A stretch of DNA of 64,000 nt from Octopus vulgaris. Lineage: Eukaryota. Positions 13,580-56,413 of the stretch are shown here, in pieces; the stretch's first letter is position 1; each line of letters opens with the position of its first letter. The stretch spans positions 67,146,001 to 67,210,000 of the forward strand of contig OX597816.1 of NCBI GenBank assembly GCA_951406725.2. The letters run 5' to 3'. The notes under the pieces were generated by a model. That model was not told the DNA's origin. It did no database searches and saw nothing but the letters and a program-made list of their open reading frames with translations. The position numbers and the translations under genes are program-made.

Positions 13580-14300
13580 ACACAAGCGAAGTGTTTTCAG
13601 AAAGTATCCAACATTATTTTTTCATGCTGTGTGGACAGAATCCTTTGGGTGAGAGGTGATGCCACTTTTTCTGCATATGCATGAACATTTTCATGCTTGT
13701 AAGCTGCATCAATTTCTAGCTGTTGCACCTAGGATACAGATGTGTACTGCATCTTCATCAGATTTTCGTTTTCGTGCAAGATGACCAAATGCATCAAGCA
13801 GGGACCAGAAATGCATGTCTCTTCACTTGTAATGATGGTCTTCATGAAGTCTGCGTTGTAGTTTGTGCAGTTCAGCATGTCCTGAGCAATTTCCATGTGG
13901 GGTTGCTTCTGCTGTTCCACCAGCACCTTGGGGATGAATTTTATGAACACTCTGCATACACAAATCCTCCATTAGGATGTCATATACTGATCCCCACGTC
14001 CCCGAGCAATTTCCTGGATTGTTACATGAATGGTCTTCCATGACTATTCACCAAACTTTCTCAATCAGCTCCTCGTTTCAGTTTGTGGCTGGCCCATCTG
14101 AGTGTACCATGGTTTCCAAAGCACTTGTACCTTTCCTTGATCTGAGCCTTTGCCCATGGCATTATCACCAAAGGCCTGCTGAATCCTCAGGATGGTTTGA
14201 GCTTGAGAATCACTAAGCTTTTGGCAAAACTCTGCTTGATGTGTTCAGTAAAAACGAAAATCCAATGAGCATGCACTATACATTTATACTCTAGGTGCAT
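13580..14300 (-). mobile_element. Mariner transposase remnant
   Basis: ORF 13729-13950 KFIPKVLVEQQKQ..EIAQDML...FMKTIITSEET resembles mariner 'WVPK.L...IITGDETW'; TIR-like sequence near 13580-13620. Confidence 0.75.
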
Positions 14301-14564
14301 TGTATAAATGAATCCAATAAAGTCATATCTCCCTTGGCTGTTTACTATCTTATAACGTATTGAAACAATTCAGAAATAGAGTGTAAAACTAAAATGACAA
14401 AATGATGAAGTGTACTTGGTTTCTGTTCATACAATGCTACATACCTCAGTTTATATATATAAGCTTCCACAAAAACATATCTTAAAATTTTGTTTCAGTA
14501 ACCCACTATATATATATATAGCAATACAAAAAGTTCTCCATTTGCAAGCATTCAGTCAATATAT

Positions 14565-14951
14565 CTGTCACATTAAGTTGACAGCATACAACTACTTTAT
14601 CGTATCACTACTGCATAAATCTTTCTGAGAGATTTAGAAATGTATTATTTCTATTTTTGAAATCAAGTGAATGTATTTCACTAGAATAATTATATGTTTA
14701 CAAGGGCTAGATGGGCATCTCCAACTAGCAAGCCATGTTACTCCAGACTGAAGATGAGCAATGACTCAGAAACTAGTCTCTGAATGCTGGCTTAGCTGGG
14801 TGGAGGTGCTTATCTCCCCCTTGTAAACATAAGGACACAGGAAATGTGTCAAGGCTGACAGGAAGTGGTGCTGCTTCCTGGGGCTAAATAGCAGTAGTAT
14901 TATTCCCTTCATGGGACTGTCACATTAAGTTGACAGCATACTACTACTTTA
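14565..14951 (+). mobile_element. Retrozyme-like non-autonomous retroelement (352-nt unit plus 35-nt terminal repeat, 12-bp TSD)
   Basis: Direct repeats 14565-14599 and 14917-14951; AGTCAATATATC at 14554-14565 and 14951-14962; central hammerhead; multiple hairpins; no ORF. Confidence 0.8.
14744..14782 (+). ncRNA. Minimal type I hammerhead ribozyme
   Basis: caga-CTGAAGA-TGAG caatga CTCA-GAAA-CTA-GTC-tctg: all core residues canonical; palindromic ACTAGT stem III. Confidence 0.88.
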
Positions 14952-15899
14952 GTCAATATATCATTTAATATCATCTTCATTTAGTGTAATTATTCCAAGC
15001 TGGCATTGTTTAGATAGTTTGTCAGGATTTGAATGATTCAAGGACTGCGATATGCTCTACTATCAACCTTGGCATGGTTTCTATGACTCTGATCACTTCC
15101 TAATACCAACCACTTTACAGCATGTACTAGGTGCTTTTTTTCCTGCCACCACTACTAATGAGGTTGTCATGCAGTTTGCAGGACTATGGACCCCAAGAGA
15201 GGTAGCTTTATACTGGGAGATGAGGTGTTAAAGTATAAGTGAAGGGACCAGAGCAGAGCAGGTTTCTTGCTACAGAGGGGGGGGGGAGCACATGGATACT
15301 CATATTTTAAAAGAGTGTGGAAAGGTGATTGGGGTGAAGCCAGGAAGAGATGAAAATAGTGGTGATAAAACATCTGTGTGGATCGTCAACATGCTTCATC
15401 ATTTCATCGGATGAGGTGAGTAAAATTGAATGGGGCCAAAACTAGGAGCGTGAGTGAATGGGTGGGAATATAATAACTGAAGAACAGATGTTGAATGGAT
15501 GATAAGTAGGGGAGGTACGAAAGAGTAGGTTGGGTAGGGTTGATTCGTGGATGTAAAGAATAGTGGGCGAGGGGGAAGTGACCATTGGTGATAAGTAGAC
15601 AAAGGAAAGGTGTGAGAAAGAGAAAGAGATATGACAAGTGGTTGAGTAGGTTGCATGAGTGTGTGAGAGAGAGAGAGGCAAGCATAGTATGTGAGAGATG
15701 TTTGGCAACCAAGGTGAGATGATTTGGTGGCTCAGTTGGGAGAAGAGGCAATATAAATATGAGGGATGGATATCAAATGAAATGGTTCCAGATAGTTAGA
15801 AAGATTAGTGGCTTCAAGGAAGAACTGCAGTTAGATGGGAGGGAAATTTGAATAAAGAATCCCATTGCACACACACACACACACACACATTGTTTCTGG

Positions 15900-16300
15900 A
15901 ACTTAGTTTTGCCAAGTTAGGTGGTTCTTCTTGAGAACTGCCAATCATACTAGTTTGTTATCTCTTCTGTGAGGTACAAGGTCCTGGGATCATCCTTCAC
16001 CATTTCATCTTATGTCTTCCTGGGTTTCCATCTTTCACAAGCTCTATCCACATTAAGTGATCAGCACTTCTTTATACAGCTACCCTTATCTATATGCATC
16101 ACATGATCATACCAATGCAATTTTCTTTCTTACATACTACTTCTGATTCCACTGATGCCCAGTTTTTTTCTCTGCACATTTCTACTATGTCCTACATTCA
16201 TACTTACATTGCACATCCAGTGGAGATGCTTGCTTCATTTCTTTCCTGCTCCATTCAAAGATCTGTATTACTACCATACATCATTGCAGTTCTAACACAA
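15900..16300 (-). mobile_element. Decayed RTE LINE RT C-terminal fragment
   Basis: Minus strand near 15990-16030 reads (G)KPRKT*DEMVKDD, the same motif as at 170-210. Confidence 0.55.
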
Positions 16301-17480
16301 GTGTAATTTGTGATATATGTTGAATATGTTAAAATCATTAAATACAAGTCATTCAAAAATACTTCTTTCTTTGTATTAAATGATCTTAACGTATAAAATT
16401 ACTTTCATTGCATAATCAATTTTGTTTTTGATCATAGAGAATATCTCCCAGATCCTAAATGTCTGATGTTCAAAATCTAAATCCCAAGACTGTTTTTTGA
16501 AAAAAATTCTCCAACGCATGTCTGCAAAATGGAACTTTTTCAAAATCATTTTGATAATTGTGTGTTATTTTATATATTTTTGTGGTGCTTATTTGAAATA
16601 TCAAAATAGCCCTTTCCCATTACCTAAAGTTTTCTCACAATTTAATGGTAAAATATACCATAATCTGTTGGTAAATCCACATATGGTTGGACAAAATGTA
16701 ACTAATAAAAATGAATTTGCTACTTTATTTAGCAAAATAAAATGGTACAAATGCAATTAAAAAGTGAAAAAATAGATTTTTACAAGGGTTCCATTCACTT
16801 TATGGTTCATCACATCAAAATCTATTCTGTTACACTTGGTAACTATGCCTGGAACTCTTTCGCTTGTGAGCATTTGATGGACATTCATATTGCACCATCC
16901 AGCAGTAGTCAGCCATCAAACTGACATTTCATTTTCCTTGCTATCTTCTTTTCATCTCCTTTGTCTTGATTAAACCTTTTTCCTCTGTGCCTCACTCACC
17001 CCCACCCCAGATTTTCCAGAAAGAAATCCAAATGGGCTTGTAATAAATGAAGTTTAATACTCATTTTAAATCCTAAGGCCTCAAACTTACAACGCACAGC
17101 CCAGTCTAGGAGTCAAACTCACTACCTCATAATTGTGAGTCTAACATTCTAATCACTGAGCCATGCACTCTAATCACTGAGCCATGCACTGGCCTGCCCT
17201 CTTAACCAGCAAGGTGTAACATCATTCCAAAGCTGCATGTGACCAATGGTGTATAACAGCATCCAACAGTCTGGAGTCTGGTCAGTACAGTAATTTATAA
17301 GTGTTTATAAAGGAAACATCATTAAATGAAGCAATAAACCTAGTAAACATAATAAAAACAATAACATCTAATTCATGCAAACTGCTCTGTAGAACCTAAC
17401 TTCATGGTTAGAGCTTTTGTATATCAATGTTTAGATAGCATTAACAATTCAAAGGCTGTCAGTATGACTGCATAACTTAA

Positions 17481-17699
17481 CTCTTTAGTATTTAAACCAG
17501 CCATATCCAGCCAAAATATTCTACCTGGTTTATGCTCAAACTGGCCAGGTCTGGTCTCTCACACCTATCTGGCAATGTCATTTTAAAAATCAAGTTACCT
17601 CATCAAAATCTCAAAGCTACAATATAGTGCATGATTAATTTGAAAACATTGTGAATAGATAAGCGTTATTTTTTACAGAATAATGTGAATGCTAAAGGG
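17481..17699. mobile_element. TTAA-flanked (piggyBac-type) MITE
   Basis: TTAA|CTCTTTAG...CTAAAGGG|TTAA; reverse-orientation copy of 62676-62896. Confidence 0.8.
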
Positions 17700-17753
17700 T
17701 TAAATCAAGGGGATTTTTTAGGGTTATTTTTTTTTTCACACACCTTCCTCTAG

Positions 17754-17803
17754 GAACACTGACAAAAGCAAACAGACTTCTTTGGTTCCAATGCTATGTC
17801 ATT
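17754..17803 (+). CDS. Weak candidate NADK 5' exon (50 nt)
   Basis: Long pyrimidine tract plus TAG acceptor, weaker ATT|gtaaat donor; phase 2 to 1 fits between 4263 and 23534. Confidence 0.25.
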
Positions 17804-18747
17804 GTAAATGGAGTATACTTTCAAGGCGTGGAGCATATGCAAAAACAGATATGGCAGCCCACTATGGAGGGGCTGCTATATCCTTTTTGCAAAAACTACA
17901 TTACACAACTGCCATTCAGAAATTATTGCAAATTGCATTCATAGAAAATTTAAGTTGTACAATTTTTTCCAGCCTATTCTATTCCCACACTGCTAACAAT
18001 GGCATATATTTCCATCTGATTGTATATATTTACTTGGGTGTTGATGTATGATTATTTCAGTTATTCATTCCATTCATAAAGTATTTCTCATTCTAAATTC
18101 ACCTCCTAATAGTTTGTTTCACTTACACCATGGTTAATGGTTGTAAATCTACCACCAAAACATCATTTATATTTTTCTCTCACGAGTATATCCATTTGTA
18201 TGATTTTCAAAAAAAAAGTTTTGTTTAGATTTTGATTTGGTTAGCATTTTAAATTACTTTCTTTGCTCTTCTTCTTTGCTTCATTGTGACTCTATTTAAA
18301 TCAAGGTTTTATCCATGCACATGTTCCTTTAGAAACCCTGACAGAAGTAAGCAAACTTCTTTGGTTTCATCATTTGGTCATTTAAAATGTTTATATTTGA
18401 ATTATAATTTAATTATGAATTTATATAATTTTATGTTTTAAGGCCTCCTTCGGTTAGGGTAGACTGTTAAGGCCTCCTTCAGTTAGGGTAGCATATAGGG
18501 TAGATCATCCAAACCAGGCAATACATATCTGCTCAGCTGGGGTTTTTTTTCTATTCCAGCTGCTATCATCAGCCCTTCACAGCACTTTGTGTCTTCTGCC
18601 GAGAGTCACAGCAAGCCTTTGAAATAGGCACTTAAAACTCACTAAATATGCACTAGTTTAGAAATTTGTGGGGAGAGATTAAGTGATTAAATCAACACCA
18701 CTATTTGATAAGTACTTTATTTTATTGATCTTAAATGTTAACCTTAG

Positions 18748-21253
18748 TGTTTTGGCAAGAGTCATTTACATCCTGTGTGATTGGAAGAATGGACTAGCCA
18801 AGCTCTTATAAAGAATGGCGCATTGACTGAGAGTTGGTGGAAGTCGTAGGAGTCGTTGAGAATTCATGGAAGTTGTAGGAAGTCGCGGAAATCATTGAGA
18901 GTTTGTATTTCTTGGAGTATTGTATTTAGCAGAGTAATTTGAAGTACAGTGTGTGAAGACAATCGTGTCTGTCCCAACTCATAGAAGGATATAAAAGTGG
19001 TAACGAGTTTATTCAAATTACTTTGGATGTGAACATTTTCTTTTGATACAAAACCAAAGAAAAATGAGTTAACATGGAAGACTTATTAGCCTCCGTGGTG
19101 CAGTTGCTACAGCAGTCACTGCAGCAATTACAACAACAAAAACTATACCAACAGTTGCTGGAATTAATGTTGAAGTCCAAAAATACTTCAGGTTTGTTCT
19201 CGTCAGATGGCATAGCAAATGCAATCACAGCACCAACAGTGTATATTAAGAAAATGTTTAATAGAATCAGAGTATCTGCTCGTATTTTCCAACTGGTTTT
19301 AATGAATGTCTTAAAACATTCCACTATGTGCTCGTATTTTCCAACTGGTTTTAATGAATGTCTTAAAACATTCCACTATGTGCTCGTATTTTCCAACTGG
19401 TTTTAATGAATGTCTTAAAACATTCCACTATCCGCAACCTTCTGGAGGCTATTTTTGCGAAATTAAACAGTGGCAAAATATTTTCTGAATTGGATCTCTC
19501 TGACACATAACTACAAATTAGAGTAGACAATGAATGCTTGAAGTACCTAACAGTTAACACACATAAAGGGCTGTATAAGTACAACAGGTTACCATTTGGT
19601 TTAAAAGTTGCACCAGCAATTTTTCAACAGAATATGAATCCAATGTTAGTGGACTGTGAATTCGCAATTCCATATCTGGATGATATACTCATTAAAAGCA
19701 AATCCAGGGATCAACACATCAAGCATGTAAAATATGTATTTCAAAAAATTAAAGATTACAGCTTAACCATGAGTGAAGAAAAGTATGAATTTTTCTTACT
19801 GGAAATAAGATATTTAGGACAAGTCATTGACAGGAATGGACAACAACCTGACCCATCGAGGGCAGGCACAATTAAAAATATGCCTCCTCCAACTAATATA
19901 GTGACCTTAGAAACATCTTTAAGACTGGCAATTTATTACCAAAAGTATAACCCAAATATGCATACGGTTAGGGCTCCGCTGGATAATTTGCTGGAAAAAG
20001 ATATGGAAAGGAATTGGTCAGAAAATTGCCAAAAGGTGTTTGACAAAATTTTTTAAAATATTAATATCTGATTTGTTGTTAGATCACTTTTATCCTGCAG
20101 CAGGGTTTGTTGTAGCTTCAGACGCTTCTGAGTATTTGTATTGAAGCAGTAATGCTACATAAATATAAAGATGGTAGTATGAAGGTGGTGGTTCGTGCTT
20201 CACATTCTCTGATATCAGCAGAGCAAAATTATAGTCAAATCGAAAAAGAAGCTCTAGCAATCATTTTTGCCATGAAAAAATTTCACAGATTTTTGCACAG
20301 AAGTATCCGATAATGATACACAGTTTACAGCATATGAGTTTTAAAATTTTGGCAAAATGTATGCAGTTGAACACATCTCTACTCCACCATATTACCCAAG
20401 ATCAAATGGGCAAGTGGAACAGTTTGAAGATACATTTAAAAGGGCATTAAAAAATCAAGAAACAAGCTAGTTGATGACACAGCATTGATACAATTCTTGA
20501 GGGTTTATAGGATAACACCAAACCCAAACACTTGTTCAGGTAAGTCACCTGCAGAACTAATTTTTACTTAAAAAATAAAAGCAATTTTTGACAGATAAGA
20601 AAAGCAAATAAGGAAAACACTAAAATATGACAAAGTATTTTAATCTCAGTGACATGGTGTTTTTCAAAATATATAAAAATCGAAGAGAAGGTTGGGAAGG
20701 CAGAATAGTAACAAAATGAATAGGCAAAATAACATATATGACAATAGGCAAAAAATGGGAATGCAAAAGACATTTTAAAAAGTTTTTAAAATATATGGAA
20801 AAAAGAAAAGATACCTGTGGAAGTGCTCTATGACACCTTTGATATTCCAATGCCTTGAACTTAACATAGCAGCACAAGAAAGAGGAAACAAACAGAATGG
20901 TTGAAAGTAGTGCCTAAATGGACGAGATATTAAACTTCCCTAGGGAGTAAATCTCAAAGAAATGTTGTGGCAAGAGTTATTGACACCCCTGTGGGAGTGG
21001 AAGAATGGACTAACCAAACTCTTATAAAGAATAGCATATTGGTTGAGAGTTCATGGAAGTCATAGGAATTGTTGAGAATTCATCGAAGTCATGGGAGTCG
21101 TTGAGAGTTTGTGGAAGTTGTAGGAAGTCATTGAGATCTTGTACTTATTGGAATGTCGTGTTTAGTGGAGTAATTTGAAGTACGTCATGTGAAGACAGTT
21201 GTGTCTATACCCACTTCGTGAAATCTATGTCTAATGTATAGAAGGATGTAAAA
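18748..21253 (+). mobile_element. Internally deleted, decayed Gypsy/Ty3 LTR retrotransposon with both LTRs
   Basis: LTRs 18748-~18996 and 20963-~21253, both starting TGT..TGGCAAGAGT; PBS-like TGGTAACGAG at 18998; RT (RLPFGLKVAPAIFQ, YLDDILI) in 19538-20056; RNase H (SDASEY, NYSQIEKEALAIIFA) at ~20100-20290; integrase remnants follow, giving RT-RH-IN order; flanks CTTAG/CTTTG. Confidence 0.9.
19277..19430 (+). repeat. Perfect 52-bp tandem triplication within the Gypsy pol
   Basis: TGCTCGTATTTTCCAACTGGTTTTAATGAATGTCTTAAAACATTCCACTA(TG) at 19277, 19329 and 19381. Confidence 0.95.
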
Positions 21254-23533
21254 CTTTGTTAACCTCAACAAGATTTGCTTTCAGAGTATAAAGGGCTATA
21301 ACTATGTACTCTAAGCTCTAACAATTCTGCCAATCTACTACCTGAAAACAAATTTAATGATGATAATAATAATAATAATGGTTTCAAATTTTGAAATGAG
21401 ACCAACAATTTTAGGAGTGGGGTTAATCAATTTCATTAAACCCAGTGCTTGATTGGCACTTTATTTAATTGACCCCGAAAGGATGAAAGGCAAAGCTGAC
21501 CTTGGCAAGATTTGAGCTCAGAACATAAAGAAATGGAAGAACTACAGTTAAATACTAATGATTCTGTCAGCTTGCTACCTTAATGATAATAATAATCCTT
21601 GAGAAGAGGGATTAAGTTGATTACATTGTCTCCAGTACTCCACTGATACTAATCCAAAAGGATGGAAGGCAAAGTCAACCTTGGCAGGATTTGAACTTGG
21701 AATGTAATGACAAAATGCTATGAAGCATTTTGTCCAGTGTACTAATGGTTTTGCCAGCTTGCCGCCTTTACAACAACAACAACAACAACAGTAATCATCA
21801 TCATCATTTAACGTTTGCTTTCCATGCTAGCATGGGTTGGACGATTTGACTGAGGTCTGGCGAACCAGACTCCAGTCTGATCTGGCAGAGTTTCTACAGC
21901 TGGATGCCCTTCCTAACGCCAACCACTCCAAGAGTGTAGTGGGTGCTTTTACATGCCACTGGAAGCGGCCATGCCCAAATGGCGTAAACAAACAAATGAA
22001 GTTTGCTTTAGAAGTGTTGAGATGTCTTAGAAAGTTAAAGAAGTGGTTTTAAATTCTCAAACACAGGATAATGCTAATAATATAGCCTGAAGAGAATAAG
22101 CTACCCCTATTTTGCAGAAAAAAGTGTTGCCAGCCGGCTATGAGACTCAAACTCACACCTCCGTGATTACACAATAACATTATAATTTCTAATTTAGGTA
22201 CAAGATCATGCATTTTGAGGAAGGGGGCATTTTATAATACAACTCCTGTACTTGACTGGAATTTATTTTATTAACCCTGGAAGGATGGAAGGCAAAATTG
22301 ACACGAGAGGAATTTGAACCGAGACTGTAAAGAGCCACAGACGATATTAACACAGACAGTGTTTGTTTTAAACTTAATTTCCTCTTAGTTGCAGATCCTT
22401 TTATCTGTTTGTAAATTCTCCTATAATGCTAGGTGTGCCTTGCTAATATTTCAGATCAAAAATAAATACATTCAGGAAATCCCGTTGCATCTAATTCATT
22501 GGCTAAAAAAACAAGTTTTTTATTTCCTGGTGTTTTATTGCTTGGTTTCTGTGTCTATGTCTATGTTGTCACTTTCCTTGTGGTGCCCCCACTCTCTCTT
22601 TCTGTTTCATTGAATGTGTACCTCTACGTCTTTGTCTGCACATTTCTCGGTCTGCAAACACCACTAGAGTGTCTTCTGCAAGCAAGCAAATATGTATTTA
22701 CGGTAAGATGTTGTTTATTTTCTCAAAAAACCCCAAATTCGATGATGATGATAATTATTAGCTGCAAGCCGGCAGAATTGTGAGCACAAACCCGTCTCTG
22801 TCTGTTACTTTTTAAATATCACTTGTTTCAGTCATTGGACTGCAGCCCTAATGGGGCATCACCTTGAAGGGTTTAGTCAAATAAATCAACTCTGGTACTT
22901 ATTTTTAAATCTGATACCTATTCTCTTGGTTTCTTTTCCTGATGCACCTACAGGGATGTAAACAAACCAACATTGGCTGTCCAGTGGTTGACACACACAC
23001 ACACACACAAAGACATATGGTTTCCATGTACCAGATTCACTCATAATACATAGCTAAGCCCAGGGCTATATAGTAGAAGGCATTTTATCCAATGTGCAAC
23101 ACATTGGGACTGAATATGAAACCACTTGGTTGCAAAGTGAGCTTCTTAACCACAGATCCATGCCTGCATCTTTTGAGCACAGTTAAATTGGGAAACTGCA
23201 AGAATCATAAGTGTTAGGCAAAATGTCTGAATTCAAATCCTGCTGAAGTCGACGACTTTGCTTTTCATAATTTTTGGAGTTGATAAATGAGGTACCTGTC
23301 AAATACAAAAGTTAATTGTTCCCCACACTCCCATCAAAATTTCAGGTTTTTTGCCTAATGCAGAAAAAATTATTATTATGATTATTATTCAGTGCTATAT
23401 TTAAGAGATGAGGAATTATGTACATTATTTACATTAGACAGATGAGGGCAAATATCCGTCGAATGTAAATAATGATTATGATTATTGTTATCATGATTGC
23501 ACACTAATTATTTCATTATTCTTTTACTTCTAG

Positions 23534-23564
23534 TTATCCGAGCAACCATGGTGTGGTGCCATCG
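23534..23564 (+). CDS. NADK: Candidate NADK micro-exon or alternative start exon (IRATMVWCHR)
   Basis: Pyrimidine tract plus TAG acceptor (23531-23533); CG|gtaaat donor; ends in phase 2; contains ACCATGG in frame with exon 25745. Confidence 0.45.
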
Positions 23565-25355
23565 GTAAATATTTGTTGCTTGAGATGACACTGACTTCAC
23601 ATATGTCCTATGATGATGTATTGTATCACAAGTCAGTTTGGTTCATACTAGCTTTGTCACATACACAATTAAACAATGACAATGATGTCAAACCAGTGAG
23701 GGACCCTCATGTGGTTGCTTGATCTACTAGTAATAATTTCTAGATCTCACTCATAAAAGCAGGACATATTTAATCATGTAATTCAGAGTTATGTGTTTTG
23801 AAGAAAGACATGACAGTTTGGTTTTTCAGATGACTACCACCTTTGAAAAGAATGACACTATAGATAATGTGGGCCTAGATATACTTAGAAAGAAAACAAA
23901 AGATTGTCACAAGTGATATATTTTTGTCTTTTAGGAAAACACATTAGATAATAATGATCTTGGGTACACTGTACCTAGGGAAAATGTTGGGATGGTCATA
24001 GCTGAAACATTTTTGATCTAGCATCTGCTAGAACAGTAGTGACTCACTTCTGGTCACACAACAATGATCACATCAACAATGATAAAGCTAATATAAACTT
24101 GATATTTTTTTCATTTGTTTTAATGATTATAGTTATAAAGGTGATGAGATGGTAGAATTGTTAGCACACCAGACAAAATACTACAGCATAAGAGACTGAT
24201 AGAATAAGGACCATTCAACTAAAACCCTTCATGGTGGTGTCTCAGCATAGCAACAGTCCAAAGACTGGAACAAGTAAAAAATAAAAACATCAATGTTTAA
24301 ATATAAGATGAAGCTGTCATAGCAGGAAGATCTTAGACCATAAGTCTGCTTGATCAGGGCTAAATTTAATCAACAACAAATATATGCAGTTCTAAATTAT
24401 ATAGTTATTATTTGTCTTCAATTTGATACAAATGTTCCCTGCCTACTTTTATGTGAGCAATTCATATGTTTTTGTTTATTTACTGCAAATATCTCTGACT
24501 GTAGAACAAAAGCAAGAAATAATGTTTGTTTAAACTGTTACAGCTTTGGAGTGTTTCCACGCGGAGATATCAACATTTTATTTGACAGTTTCAGTAACAC
24601 CCTCAGGAACAAACATTCAATACTCCAGCAGAATGTCAAAGATCAGCTGTTAACAACATTTACAAGTTATAAGTAAAACTCCATTAACTCATAGTCTGGA
24701 AACACATACACACGCATGCGCACACACACACACACACACACACACATTCTCTTTCTCTCTTTCTATCTATCTATCTTTCCCCCAATGCTTCATAAACTCA
24801 TAAGCCTTATGCACTTTTAAGAGTAAATGCTTACCTCTAGGGTTTCATAGTTCGGTGGATAAAAGATTAATCATCCCTTGAATAGGAGGCCTGGTTTACT
24901 GCAAGTCACATCACATTTCCAGATGACCTCATTCCTATTCCCCTGTAGAAAACTAAATTAATTGAGCTGATGTTGACAGTACTCCGTCCCAGAGAAGTAT
25001 AACAAAGTACCTGAAGTGGATTTGATCTGGCAACCTATGAGCAGGTTGTTCAATACACCCTCCTACAAACTAACAGCTGTTGTTTCTTCCCTAAGTACAA
25101 ACCAACATCTTTCTTAATCCTACCTGTCACTTAAATATGAATGTCTTGTCTTCTGACTATTTCTTTCAGTAAGAATAAATAAACATTAGTCGTTCAACTG
25201 CATTTACTATCAAAACTGGACACTAATATAACATTTATATGATCTATATTGCAATTGCTCTTGTAACACTAATCATATAACATGTGGTCTCTATTGTGAT
25301 TGAACTTATATCACTATGCTGTAAATATTAATCATAAAACATATGTGTACATTAA

Positions 25356-25575
25356 CCCTTTTGTTACTGAATTTATTTTGAGATGCTCTTTGTTTCTTTC
25401 AATTACTTTAAATATAACAAAGAATTTAGTAAAATAACTTAGTTATCATTGAGCTAGTGTTAGGAACATAAATTGTGACTAAGGTTTGGTGGAAGATTTT
25501 AATTGAAAACTTATGAAAACAAGACATTTGTACTCAGAGCCAGGGCCAGTTTCAGCCTGGTTGGTAATGAAAGGG
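25356..25575. mobile_element. TTAA-flanked MITE, second family
   Basis: TTAA|CCCTTTTGTTAC...GTAATGAAAGGG|TTAA; a similar terminus occurs at 50280-50298. Confidence 0.8.
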
Positions 25576-25744
25576 TTAATATTAGTTTTATATCGCAATA
25601 TATATATAGACACTATGAATTCATGACCAAGTCGTTAAATTCTTATTAATATTCCACTCCAAACCCTTTTATATTAATTTCGCACTGTGCTCTATCAATG
25701 TTTCTGATTTTATGGTTTAATTTTTTTTTTTTTTTTTTTTTCAG

Positions 25745-56413
<30,669 letters not shown>

